DNA of 64,000 nt from Candidatus Caldarchaeum sp. (GTDB lineage Archaea; Thermoproteota; Nitrososphaeria_A; Caldarchaeales; Caldarchaeaceae), in NCBI GenBank assembly GCA_038844785.1, contig JAWBRA010000003.1, forward strand, positions 1 to 64,000, given 5' to 3'. The notes under the pieces were generated by a model. It was not told the DNA's origin and searched no databases. It saw only the letters and a program-made list of their open reading frames with translations. Both the position numbers and the translations under genes were made by a program. Below are positions 10,373 to 19,547 of the stretch, piece by piece (positions within the stretch are counted from its first letter, which is position 1; every line of letters begins with the position of its first letter).

Positions 10373-12104
10373 TAGAAAACACCTCCGCCGCAGCCGGTAT
10401 CGAGACGACGGACCTTCCCTTCACGTTCTGTACTAGGATGGTATTCATGTCCTGTCTGTATGGAACCCTGCCAGGTGTTATGATGATGTATTGTGTGTCA
10501 CCGTCCTGTTTGGCTGTTGACGTGAGTATGTTGATTATCCGCTCGCGGTTTAGCGGGTCGAGGTGAACGTCGAATTCGTCGACCGCCCTGAAGGGTGATT
10601 TTATGTATTTTTGAAGCGCTAGGAGAAAAGCCATCGTCGCAACTATCCTTTCGCCGCCGCTCTGTGTGTGAGCGTTCAGCAAAGTTGGTTCAACACCTCT
10701 GAACCCCACGTAGATCTCCACCGATGCTTTGTCTATGTCGTTCAAGTTCCTCAGCTCTAGTTTCCCTGAACCTCCTACAACGGACAGAATTTTTTGATAC
10801 TCTGGTTCGACGGCGGCTATGAGGCTGCGTAGGAACTCACGCCACTTCTGCTTCCTGTACTCGGCTTCTTCGAGGGCTTTACGTGCATTTTCGCTCAGCT
10901 GGGAAGCTTTAAGCTCCGCCTCCCTGTACTTGGCTTCAGCAAGCATAAACATCTCCTCCGCCTGAGGTGTTGGATTGCCCATGGACGCAAGCTGCAGCCC
11001 CACAGCCTTCAGCTCTTCAGAGACTTCCAACGGCTTTCTCCCAGTATCTATTCGCGGCCCCTTCTCGGAAGCTTCCGAAACCCTTCTGGCCAGCTCCTTC
11101 TCAGCCGCAGTCAACTCATATCTTAGATCTCTCAACTCGGATTCTCTGATCTCTTTTCTCTCGAGGCTCCTGCCAAGCCTTTCAGCAGTTTTTACCAACT
11201 CGTTTAATTTTTTCGCCAGTTCTTCTTCGGAGGCTCTTTCGCTAAATTGCTGCAGAAGCCTTTGGGAGAGAATGTTAACATCCTCCGAAATTCTTCCAGC
11301 CTCTTTCTCAAGCTTTTCAACCTCTTCGTTCAGCATGTTTATCTTGTCTTGGATTCTATCCCTAGATTTCTCAGCCTCTTTGACCAACGACCAGAGATAC
11401 TCTGACTCGAGCAGCTTTTTACGTTCCTCAAGCTGTTTAATGATGGTAAGCTTCTGGTATTCCTCCCGCCAGTAATCTACTGCTGCCCGTGCGTCCTCCA
11501 AAGTCTTCCTTATCACAGCTTCTTCGGCCAATAGAGACGAGAGCTTGGTCTCTGCCTGCTTTATCTTCTCCCTCAGACCGGCAGCGCCGACAGCCTCCTC
11601 GATCATAACAAGCTTCTCCCTACTGTCTCTGCTAACAAACTGTTCAATCATGTTTTGATGCATTATTATTAGCATGTTGTCTGGGTTTATCCCAATCTTT
11701 GAGAGAAGGTTCTCGACCTCGGCTTTGGTCTTAAACTTGTTGTTTACATAGTGCCAGTATTCGCCGTTCTTTTTCAGAAACCTAGCGATTGTAACGGAGT
11801 CGGAGGAGATTGTGGGTATGGGGCGTTTTCCGTCAACAGGTCTGTTGTCGAAGACCACTGCAACTCTGGCTGCGTCCATGCCTCGGCGTATCAGGTCGCT
11901 CAACCTCTGACCCCTCTCAGTGTAGGTCTGCCCCAAAGCCACTGAAATCGCCAGCAGAATCGATGACTTACCTGCTCCGTTTGGGCCAACGACCACGTTC
12001 AACCCAGGTTGAAGAGAGATTCGACTATATTCATGGGACATGAAGTTCTCTAAGATAACCTCCTTGACGTAAGGCCTTGCCCTCCCGCCTTCACCCGCTG
12101 ACAA
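10350..12104 (-). CDS. Short SMC-family ATPase with SMC5/6-type head motifs and no hinge
   Basis: LENFMSH, Walker A GPNGAGKSS, Q-loop INPDNMLIIMHQ, signature HTQSGGER, Walker B/D-loop PFRAVDEFDVHLD, QYIIITP; continuous coiled coil between the heads; 584 aa. Confidence 0.9.
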   Translation of the reverse strand: MSAGEGGRARPYVKEVILENFMSHEYSRISLQPGLNVVVGPNGAGKSSILLAISVALGQTYTERGQRLSDLIRRGMDAARVAVVFDNRPVDGKRPIPTISSDSVTIARFLKKNGEYWHYVNNKFKTKAEVENLLSKIGINPDNMLIIMHQNMIEQFVSRDSREKLVMIEEAVGAAGLREKIKQAETKLSSLLAEEAVIRKTLEDARAAVDYWREEYQKLTIIKQLEERKKLLESEYLWSLVKEAEKSRDRIQDKINMLNEEVEKLEKEAGRISEDVNILSQRLLQQFSERASEEELAKKLNELVKTAERLGRSLERKEIRESELRDLRYELTAAEKELARRVSEASEKGPRIDTGRKPLEVSEELKAVGLQLASMGNPTPQAEEMFMLAEAKYREAELKASQLSENARKALEEAEYRKQKWREFLRSLIAAVEPEYQKILSVVGGSGKLELRNLNDIDKASVEIYVGFRGVEPTLLNAHTQSGGERIVATMAFLLALQKYIKSPFRAVDEFDVHLDPLNRERIINILTSTAKQDGDTQYIIITPGRVPYRQDMNTILVQNVKGRSVVSIPAAAEVFSSDERQAG

Positions 12105-12275
12105 CCTTACCCTGCAGGCCTCTACTGCCCGATTATATAAATTCCCCCGCTTGGAAAGAAGAATTTGGGCTTACATCACACATACGTGAGGATATCCGAT
12201 GGTATGTTGTCAATAAATATGCGGAGGCCGTTTTCCGCTAAGATATATAGATTCGCTGGGACGCCGGCCATAGGC
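12105..12275. promoter_or_regulatory. Divergent promoter region between the SMC operon and cdvC
   Basis: TATA-like ATTATATAAATT (about 12132-12143) about 30 bp upstream of the smc start; GATATATA (about 12242-12249) about 27 bp upstream of cdvC ATG 12276. Confidence 0.6.
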
Positions 12276-13394
12276 ATGTCGCAGGAGCTGGAAAGAATAG
12301 CTGCAACGAGGGCAAAAGAAGCCGTCAACTTTGATAGGATGGGTCAGAAACACAAGGCGATTAAATCTTACCGTGATGCGATAGATATTTTATGGAGGCT
12401 TTACCACCTAGCCCCCGACACATCGATAAGAAGGATTTACGCCGACAAGATCAAGGAGTACCAATCTAGGATTGATGAGTTAACGAACGAGACTACGCCT
12501 GCCGAGCCTGTGCAGCTGGATGCAAAGCCTGTTCGGACAAACCTGATCACGATGGAGAAACCTAAAGTAAGCTGGGAGGACATCGTGAACATAGAGGAGG
12601 CGAAGAAAGCCATCAGAGAAAGCATAATCTTTCCCACAAAAAGGCCTGACCTTTTTCCTCTCGGGTGGCCGAGGGGAATTCTTCTCTTCGGCCCACCTGG
12701 ATGCGGCAAAACTTTGTTAGCAGCAGCTGTGGCTTCTGAGCTCGAAGCCAGCTTTTACACGGTCGATGCGGCGAGCATAATGTCCAAATGGTTGGGCGAG
12801 TCAGAGAAGAATGTCTCAAAAATCTTTAATCAATGCAGGCAGGAGGCAAGGTCTGGGAGACCCGTTGTAATTTTCATAGATGAAGTGGACTCGCTGACAA
12901 CCGAGAGATTTATGGAGGTCGGTGGTGAGGCGAGGGTGAGAAACCAACTAATAAAGGAGATGGACAGCGTAATTGACAAGGGCCGGAGAGATTTTCTCTA
13001 CGTGATAGCGGCTACAAACAAGCCCTGGCATCTCGACGAACCCTTCATAAGAAGGTTTCAAAAAAGAATTTATGTTTCTCTGCCAGACCTCAACGCGCGG
13101 GTGAAGCTGTTTGAAATGTATACGAAGGGGTTGAAGCTCGACGCTGGGGTGGAGCTGACACAGCTGGCGAAGATAACTGACGGATACTCGGCTGCAGACA
13201 TCCACGACATATGTGTTGAAGCCCAGCTAAAGGTTGTGAGCGAGTTTTTCTCAACCACTGATGGAGAAAAGGGTGAGCCGAGGCCAGTAACCATGGATGA
13301 TTTTATGGACATCATCAAAAAACGAAAACACTCTATAATGCTGCAAAACCTGAAAAAACTCCTCGACTGGAACTCAAAATACGGAACTAGCTAG
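12276..13394 (+). CDS. cdvC: Vps4/CdvC AAA+ ATPase with N-terminal MIT domain
   Basis: MIT-like N-terminus (ELERIAATRAKEAVNFDRMG...AIKSY), LFPLGWPRGILLFGPPGCGKT, IMSKWLGESEKN, IDEVD, ATNKPW. Start moved to ATG 12276. Confidence 0.93.
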   Translation: MSQELERIAATRAKEAVNFDRMGQKHKAIKSYRDAIDILWRLYHLAPDTSIRRIYADKIKEYQSRIDELTNETTPAEPVQLDAKPVRTNLITMEKPKVSWEDIVNIEEAKKAIRESIIFPTKRPDLFPLGWPRGILLFGPPGCGKTLLAAAVASELEASFYTVDAASIMSKWLGESEKNVSKIFNQCRQEARSGRPVVIFIDEVDSLTTERFMEVGGEARVRNQLIKEMDSVIDKGRRDFLYVIAATNKPWHLDEPFIRRFQKRIYVSLPDLNARVKLFEMYTKGLKLDAGVELTQLAKITDGYSAADIHDICVEAQLKVVSEFFSTTDGEKGEPRPVTMDDFMDIIKKRKHSIMLQNLKKLLDWNSKYGTS

Positions 13395-14181
13395 CTTCTG
13401 CAACCTCCAGCTGTATTAACCCTTTTTGATGCAGGTTTTTCAACACATCGGACACGGTTTGAGAGTCGAGGCCAAGCTCGGAGGCGCATCGGTCAAGGTC
13501 AAGCTCTTCTATATCATGTTCTACCACGTAGCTGTAGACTGTTTTCTCTATGTCGGTTAGCTTAGGCACCTCCGGGAAAGATTGGCGAACCTTTTCCGCT
13601 GCAATCTTCCTCGCCTGCTCGAGTATGAACGAAGCCTCTTCTGTGGCAGCGTCATGCTTCTCTGAGCTGGGCTCGACGTAAACACCTGCGCTTGACATAA
13701 AGTCGTCGATCATCGCCATCAGGTTTCTCAGGTTTTCTGAAGCCTCAGGCGCCACATCCGATATCTCGGCTGCTACGTTCTGCAACATCGCAGACAAGGG
13801 TTGTATCAAGGCTAGAGCTTCCCCAAGTTCGAGGATGCTTTCAAGCCTTATCTTTACCTGGAGAAGAACTAGCTGGCTGTGGAGTACTATTCCAGCCAGC
13901 TTCTTTATCTCAGCTATCTCTGATGCGTAGATTTTTGCTTTTTCATCATCCTTGGCTTGAATGGCCTCCACGCATCTTTCAAAATACTCCCTGCTCCTTG
14001 CCAGCATTTCCCTGTATCTGTTGTTTAGCCTCTCTATGTGTCCGTTGAGTGAGGATATGGATTTTTCGACTTTAGCGGTAAACTCTTCAGAGACCTCAAA
14101 CGGCTGTACATCCTCCTGATTGATTTCCCGCCAATCGTTCTTGCGCCGCAAAAACCCTATCAAGCCAGCTCGCTGCTGCAC
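13387..14181 (-). CDS. cdvB: ESCRT-III/CdvB homolog with C-terminal winged helix
   Basis: Snf7-like core (AKIYASEIAEIKKL...QVKIRLESI), Pro-containing linker (FPEVP) and a terminal WH domain; convergent with cdvC. Confidence 0.88.
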   Translation of the reverse strand: MQQRAGLIGFLRRKNDWREINQEDVQPFEVSEEFTAKVEKSISSLNGHIERLNNRYREMLARSREYFERCVEAIQAKDDEKAKIYASEIAEIKKLAGIVLHSQLVLLQVKIRLESILELGEALALIQPLSAMLQNVAAEISDVAPEASENLRNLMAMIDDFMSSAGVYVEPSSEKHDAATEEASFILEQARKIAAEKVRQSFPEVPKLTDIEKTVYSYVVEHDIEELDLDRCASELGLDSQTVSDVLKNLHQKGLIQLEVAEAS

Positions 14182-14258
14182 AGCGGCTTAATATGCTTCA
14201 TCTGCAGAGCGTTGATAGATATTCCCAATTTATTACAGGGGTTATACATGGTTAATAG

Positions 14259-14672
14259 TCATGAACAGCGTGAGATGAAAATGTCTTCACGTTCATACTC
14301 GGCGACCCATGTCTTGGTCGAGCTTGGCTTAAGCCTTAAACCTATAAGCCTAAAACCATCCGGGATGTCTTCAGCCGCCAGTTTCAAAGCCTCCTGTATA
14401 GAGTCGGCGTTTTTCTCCTTGAGAATTCTCTTCTCGCCTTTTTCTCTTTCAACACGGTAGCAGCTGAGGCAGAGCGTACGGCCACGGAGGACGGTTACGG
14501 TCATTCTCTTAACAGCGGAACCGCAGCTGTCGCAGGAGACCTGCTGTAGCCCGCAGTTTCTGCAGACGTTCCCAAACCCTGTTATGTAAAATGATGTATC
14601 TTTGCCGGCTATCTCGCGTCCGCAAACCTTGCAGACAACGTTGCCACCAGTCTTCTGGAGGTGTCCCAGCAT
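14259..14672 (-). CDS. Multi-Zn-finger hypothetical protein
   Basis: Four CxxC pairs (CKVC, CRNC, CDSC, CLSC) plus a small C-terminal domain. Confidence 0.7.
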   Translation of the reverse strand: MLGHLQKTGGNVVCKVCGREIAGKDTSFYITGFGNVCRNCGLQQVSCDSCGSAVKRMTVTVLRGRTLCLSCYRVEREKGEKRILKEKNADSIQEALKLAAEDIPDGFRLIGLRLKPSSTKTWVAEYEREDIFISRCS

Positions 14673-14734
14673 GCTATGCGATGGCCATCCTCTGAGGTTA
14701 TAAGTTTAGCAGAGATACAGCTATTAACGGCCAG

Positions 14735-16123
14735 TTGGCACGGGCAAGCGGATGCAGTTTGGCGGAGCCGGCGGATTTGCTGCTGGAGAGGTTTGGACCG
14801 GAGCCGGATTGGCTCAGCAGGATGAGGAGAAAATGTTTTGAGCTGTTCCGCTCAATGCCTCCTGAAACCTCCGAGCTTTACATACGACACTACGAAGCAC
14901 CCACCCTAGAAGAGCACCAAATCCTAGACATGCTTGGAGACGGAGATGGAAGGGATGTTCCCGAAGAGTTCAGGCATGTTAAAGATGATGAAGAGCATCC
15001 GACCGTCGTGTACGTAGGAAGCCAGCTCGCCCACATCCATCTCCCTGAAAAATTAGCCAAGGCTGGGCTTGAGCTGGTGGAGTTAAAGCAGGCCTTGAAC
15101 AAACATGAGCAATACATCCGTGAGCGTCTTCAAGACTTGGTGAACTCGCCTTACGTCGACAAATACACATGCCTAACCCACGCTTTGTTTAATGCAGGCA
15201 TTTTCATAAGAGCGCCGAAATACGTCAGGTTGGAAAAACCCGTGCGAATCATGTACATTCTAACCAGGCCTGCCGAGGCTGTTTTCAGCAAAACTCTGGT
15301 GGTATCCGAGGGGGGGTCGAACCTTTCTTTGGTCGAGGAGCTCCACGGTATGCCTGAATCCGGAGGATGCGTGCTCGGCCATCATGTACATCTGCTACCA
15401 AGCGAATCCAGCATGCTGAGACACGGTGTGTTGCAGAACCTGCACCACAACAACATTTACCTGGGCAACCGCTTGACCGAGCTTGGCAGATACTCTTCCG
15501 CTTTGCTTGTGGGCTCTTTGATAGGCGGCGGGCTTTCCAAAGTCAGGGTTGACAGCGCCATGCAGGGGGACGGCTCAAGCGTCAACGACCTGGAGCTGGT
15601 CTTCGGCGACGGGCAACAGAGGATGGATTTGACTGCGAACCTACATCACATAGGATTCGGAACTCAGGGCAGGGAGGTGGCAAAAGGAGTTGTAAAGGAG
15701 AAGGCCAGAGTAATCTTCAAAGGCATGATAACAGTTGAGAAAACAGCTAAGAACACCAGCGCCTACCTCGCTAAGCATGCTATGATTATGAGCCCGGAGG
15801 CCCGCGCCTATGCCATACCGTCGCTCGAGATAAAAACCGACGAGGTTAAGGCAACACATTCGGCAAGCGTCAGCCAGATAGACCCAGACCAAATATACTA
15901 TCTTATGACAAGGGGAATCCCGTACGAGGAGGCTAGGAAGATGCTGGCGCTAGGATTTTTCGAGCCTGTCGTCTCCATGATAGATTTGGATGAGGTGAGG
16001 TGGGGTCTGAGAAGCCTTCTCGAAAGCAAATGGGGCGGAAGTGTTACTGAGCTTTTTGAAGAGCCTGAGGTCACCGTTTCAAGCCTGTTCGGAACCCACT
16101 ACAAATACAGATATGGACGTTAA
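14735..16123 (+). CDS. sufD: Fe-S cluster assembly protein SufD (SufB/D family)
   Basis: Beta-helix repeats, IPSLEIKTDEVKATHSASV, YYLMTRGI; exact start uncertain. Confidence 0.88.
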   Translation: MARASGCSLAEPADLLLERFGPEPDWLSRMRRKCFELFRSMPPETSELYIRHYEAPTLEEHQILDMLGDGDGRDVPEEFRHVKDDEEHPTVVYVGSQLAHIHLPEKLAKAGLELVELKQALNKHEQYIRERLQDLVNSPYVDKYTCLTHALFNAGIFIRAPKYVRLEKPVRIMYILTRPAEAVFSKTLVVSEGGSNLSLVEELHGMPESGGCVLGHHVHLLPSESSMLRHGVLQNLHHNNIYLGNRLTELGRYSSALLVGSLIGGGLSKVRVDSAMQGDGSSVNDLELVFGDGQQRMDLTANLHHIGFGTQGREVAKGVVKEKARVIFKGMITVEKTAKNTSAYLAKHAMIMSPEARAYAIPSLEIKTDEVKATHSASVSQIDPDQIYYLMTRGIPYEEARKMLALGFFEPVVSMIDLDEVRWGLRSLLESKWGGSVTELFEEPEVTVSSLFGTHYKYRYGR

Positions 16124-16682
16124 CCCGTTCTCCAAACTCAAGAGTCTTCTAAACCCTTTGAACGATGGCGGAGACGGGACAAGCTTGGACCATGACTCGG
16201 CCGCCGTCGCCGTAATCTTTCGCGAAAATATGCCCTGGCCAGAGCTGCTGCTGGTGAAGAGGGTCACCCTTTCGACAGACCCTTGGTCGGGGCAGATAGC
16301 TTTTCCAGGGGGTAGATACGAACCTGTCGACAAAGATTTGACCGATACAATGTTCCGGGAGCTGTGGGAGGAGGCTGGGATTCCGAAAACTTCAGTCGAG
16401 CTGCTGGGAACCCTGCCCTACATCAGCCCCGCCAACTATCCAAAGATGAAGGTCAAGCCATACGTAGGCCGTTTGATGGAAAAAGTTGAGGCCAGGCCAG
16501 GGGCTGAGATAGAGAGAACCTACTGGGTTTCTCTGGACAAGCTTAAACCTCGGGTTGAGAAGGTTTACGCTCGTTCGTTTGGAAACGTCAGAAAATTCTT
16601 CTGCTACGTCTTTGACGGTGAGGTTGTCTGGGGGATGACCTCTGTCCTAATCCGCAGAATCATGCGCATCTTGGATCTATAG
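16113..16682 (+). CDS. Nudix hydrolase, CoA pyrophosphatase-like
   Basis: SGQIAFPGGRYE...RELWEEAG Nudix box and VWGMT; start moved to ATG 16113. Confidence 0.88.
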   Translation: MDVNPFSKLKSLLNPLNDGGDGTSLDHDSAAVAVIFRENMPWPELLLVKRVTLSTDPWSGQIAFPGGRYEPVDKDLTDTMFRELWEEAGIPKTSVELLGTLPYISPANYPKMKVKPYVGRLMEKVEARPGAEIERTYWVSLDKLKPRVEKVYARSFGNVRKFFCYVFDGEVVWGMTSVLIRRIMRILDL

Positions 16683-17945
16683 CCTTTGTTCTATGAAGTC
16701 TTTGGCCGAGTCTATCAGAAGGTCGACGTCCTCTTCTGTGTGTGCGGCCGATATGAAAAGGTGGGGGTTGTAAGGCGGAACGTAAAGAACTCCCTTAGAC
16801 ACCATGTATTTGGAGAATTCAACGGTTAGCTTTACGTTCTTAGTCCTGTTGGCCGTGTGAATGTCTCTAGGCTCCTCCTGCGTGAAATGTACACACACCA
16901 AGGAGCCTACACCGGTTACATGGGCGTTCACAGGCTCAAGAGCCTGTCTAAGCCCCTCCCTAGCCCTCTCGCCAAGCCTCTCCAGATGATGGTAGACCAA
17001 GCCCTTCTCAAGCTCTTTCAACAGCACATAGCCCGCCCGCATCGTCAACGGGTTCCCACTGTATGTTCCTCCGTGGAAAACGCGTTCGTAAGGGTTATTC
17101 CTCGTCCTGTGGTCGAGGACCTCCATTATCTCTGCTTTTCCGCAGAACGCTCCGGCGGGAAACGGGCCGCCTCCCACCGCCTTGCCCAAAACAGTCATGT
17201 CTGGCTTGACGCCGTAGAGTTGTTGGGCTCCGCCTGGGGCGAGGCGGAAACCCGTTATAACCTCGTCGAAGATGAGGACGGCGTTTTCTCTGTCGCATAA
17301 TTCCCTCAACCCCTTAAGGTATTCGCGGTCGGCGGGTATGAAGCCTCCGGCACCCAGAACCGGTTCGACGATTATCGCCGCAAGCTCCTTGTTTTTTACG
17401 CGTTTCTCCACACCTTCGAGATCGTTGAAGGGTAGGAGTATCGTGTTTGCCGTCGATTCTCCGGGTATGCCTAAGCTGGAGGGTTTGTCAACGGGATATG
17501 TTACGCCTATCTGCAGGCCGTCGTATCCGCCGTGCCATCCCCCCTCAATTTTCCCAACAAGCTTTCTGCCGGTGTAGCCGCGGGCGGTACGGACGGCGTA
17601 CATGTTTGCCTCTGTCCCGCTGTTGGTAGGCCTGACCATCTCCGCCGAGGGAACCATGCTGCAGACCTGCTTCGCCCATCTAATCTCCCAGAGGTGAGGA
17701 TATCCGAAATGTGCGCCATGCCTCAGCTGCTCCATCGCAGCCTCGATTACAGGCCTGTAGCCATGGCCCATCAGCAAGGCTCCATGCCCCATCCAAAAGT
17801 CAACATACCTCCTTCCAAGAACGTCCCAAACATAAGCTCCTTCAGCCCTCTCAACATAGACGGGAACAGGGTCAATATATCTGATGCTGTATGTGACGCC
17901 CGCGGGAAGGTATCTCAAAGCCTCTTTGAAAACGTTCAGATCCAT
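16677..17945 (-). CDS. Class III aminotransferase (glutamate-1-semialdehyde aminomutase-like)
   Basis: NSGTEAN, LIFDEVITGFR, LGKAVGGG and HGGTYSGNP motifs. Confidence 0.88.
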   Translation of the reverse strand: MDLNVFKEALRYLPAGVTYSIRYIDPVPVYVERAEGAYVWDVLGRRYVDFWMGHGALLMGHGYRPVIEAAMEQLRHGAHFGYPHLWEIRWAKQVCSMVPSAEMVRPTNSGTEANMYAVRTARGYTGRKLVGKIEGGWHGGYDGLQIGVTYPVDKPSSLGIPGESTANTILLPFNDLEGVEKRVKNKELAAIIVEPVLGAGGFIPADREYLKGLRELCDRENAVLIFDEVITGFRLAPGGAQQLYGVKPDMTVLGKAVGGGPFPAGAFCGKAEIMEVLDHRTRNNPYERVFHGGTYSGNPLTMRAGYVLLKELEKGLVYHHLERLGERAREGLRQALEPVNAHVTGVGSLVCVHFTQEEPRDIHTANRTKNVKLTVEFSKYMVSKGVLYVPPYNPHLFISAAHTEEDVDLLIDSAKDFIEQRL

Positions 17946-18106
17946 GTCGTAGGTACTGATACGCCGTAGTAAAAAAGGTGTTTAAAACCCCTTGAATGTT
18001 TTTAGAGTATGATTTTGGGAATATTCGACCGTCTTCGAGGGGTAAATCATTTAATCTTTCCTGAAACAAGGTGTGGGTGGGCTGGGCTTGAGGGCTTGGG
18101 TTTTGG

Positions 18107-18163
18107 CTACCTTGCTGGTTTCCGTCGACCTGGTCTTCCTGTCCTTCCTAGTCTACTTCGCAT
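18107..18163 (-). CDS. Candidate 18-aa Arg-rich small ORF (MRSRLGRTGRPGRRKPAR)
   Basis: ATG at 18163, TAG at 18107-18109, GAGGT upstream; lies in an otherwise empty intergenic gap. Confidence 0.3.
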   Translation of the reverse strand: MRSRLGRTGRPGRRKPAR

Positions 18164-18206
18164 ACCTTTAACCTCTATATATTTGAGAAACGGCTTCTAG
18201 CCAGAC

Positions 18207-19541
18207 ATGACGGCCGCCTCCTTGTTAGAACCGTATCAAGCATACCAGAAAGTGCTTGAGCTGATGGAGAAACATCACGCCATGTTTAGAAAGTCCATCC
18301 CCTTGATAGCCAGCGAGAACGTAGTAAGCCCTGCGGTGCGTGAGGCTATGGCGAGCGACCTTCAGCACAGGTACGCTGAGGGATGGCCCGGGGAAAGGCT
18401 TTACGCCGGATGCAAATACATAGACGAGATAGAGCTTCTTGCCATCGAGCTCGGCAAAGCTGTCTACAGGGCTGAGTTTGTCGACGTCAGACCCATATCT
18501 GGTGTGATGGCAAACCTTGTCGCTTACTGCAGTTTCGCAAGGCCTGGAGATATTATGGTTGCCCTGACTATACCACATGGGGGGCATATTAGCCATGGGA
18601 AAGAGAAATGGGGTGGAACTGCCGGCGTTGTGCGTGGGCTTGAAGTAGAACGGTACGAGTTCAATGAAGAGCTTCACGAGATAGATGTTGATGCCACGGC
18701 CCGAAGGCTCCGGAGACTGGAGTCGGAGACGGGCAAGAAGCCGAAGCTTTTCATGCTTGGCGCCAGCGTGTTTCTTTTCCCCCACCCCGTCAAAGAGGTT
18801 AGGGCTTTGGCTGACCAGTACGGAGCCTACGTGGTTTACGACGCGGCCCACGTAGCCGGGCTGATAGCCGGCGGAAGGTTTCAAGACCCTCTGCGTGAGG
18901 GTGCTGACTGCATGACCATGAGCACTCACAAAACCTTAGCAGGACCACAGCACGGGATGGTTGTTTCATGGGAAAAATATGCGGAGCGTCTCAAACAAGT
19001 GGCTTTCCCCGGCCTTCTCTCAAACCACCATCTTCACGCCGTTGCAGGGGTGGCTATCGCCTTGGCTGAGGCCCTAGCCTTCTACAAAGACTATGCCGCA
19101 CAGATAATCAGGAACTCGAAGGTATTGGCCGAGTCGCTCTATGAGCAAGGCGTCGACGTGCTGTATGAAAACAAAGGTTTCACTGAATCCCATACAATAT
19201 TGGCCGATGTCTCCAAGTACATGGACGGCAGGACGGCTGAGGAGAAGCTTGAAAAAGCTGGAATAATTCTTAACCGCAACCTGATACCGAAGGACTACAA
19301 ACTTAAGACGGATTACAGGAGGCCTAGCGGGATAAGGATGGGTACGCAGGAGGTGACCCGCCTCGGCATGGGCGAGTCTGAGATGAAACAGATAGCCGAA
19401 TACATCGCCGACATCATAGTCAGGGGAAAGAACCCTGAGACTGTGGGAAAGGAAGTAGCCGAGTTTAGGAACGAGTTCAGGAAGGTTCACTATTGTTTCG
19501 AGTCTATAACAGGCGCTTACGACTACATCAGGATTAGGTGA
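18207..19541 (+). CDS. glyA: Serine hydroxymethyltransferase
   Basis: LIASEN, YAEG, GGHISH, DAAHVAGLIAGG and STHKT motifs. Confidence 0.96.
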   Translation: MTAASLLEPYQAYQKVLELMEKHHAMFRKSIPLIASENVVSPAVREAMASDLQHRYAEGWPGERLYAGCKYIDEIELLAIELGKAVYRAEFVDVRPISGVMANLVAYCSFARPGDIMVALTIPHGGHISHGKEKWGGTAGVVRGLEVERYEFNEELHEIDVDATARRLRRLESETGKKPKLFMLGASVFLFPHPVKEVRALADQYGAYVVYDAAHVAGLIAGGRFQDPLREGADCMTMSTHKTLAGPQHGMVVSWEKYAERLKQVAFPGLLSNHHLHAVAGVAIALAEALAFYKDYAAQIIRNSKVLAESLYEQGVDVLYENKGFTESHTILADVSKYMDGRTAEEKLEKAGIILNRNLIPKDYKLKTDYRRPSGIRMGTQEVTRLGMGESEMKQIAEYIADIIVRGKNPETVGKEVAEFRNEFRKVHYCFESITGAYDYIRIR

Positions 19542-19547
19542 ACAAAG

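Noticed and set aside
9019-12104. Wadjet (JetABCD), Rad50/Mre11 or canonical Smc-ScpAB assignment
   Set aside because: No Toprim nuclease or Mre11 neighbour, no zinc hook or hinge, the SMC is far too short, and its head motifs are SMC5/6-like.
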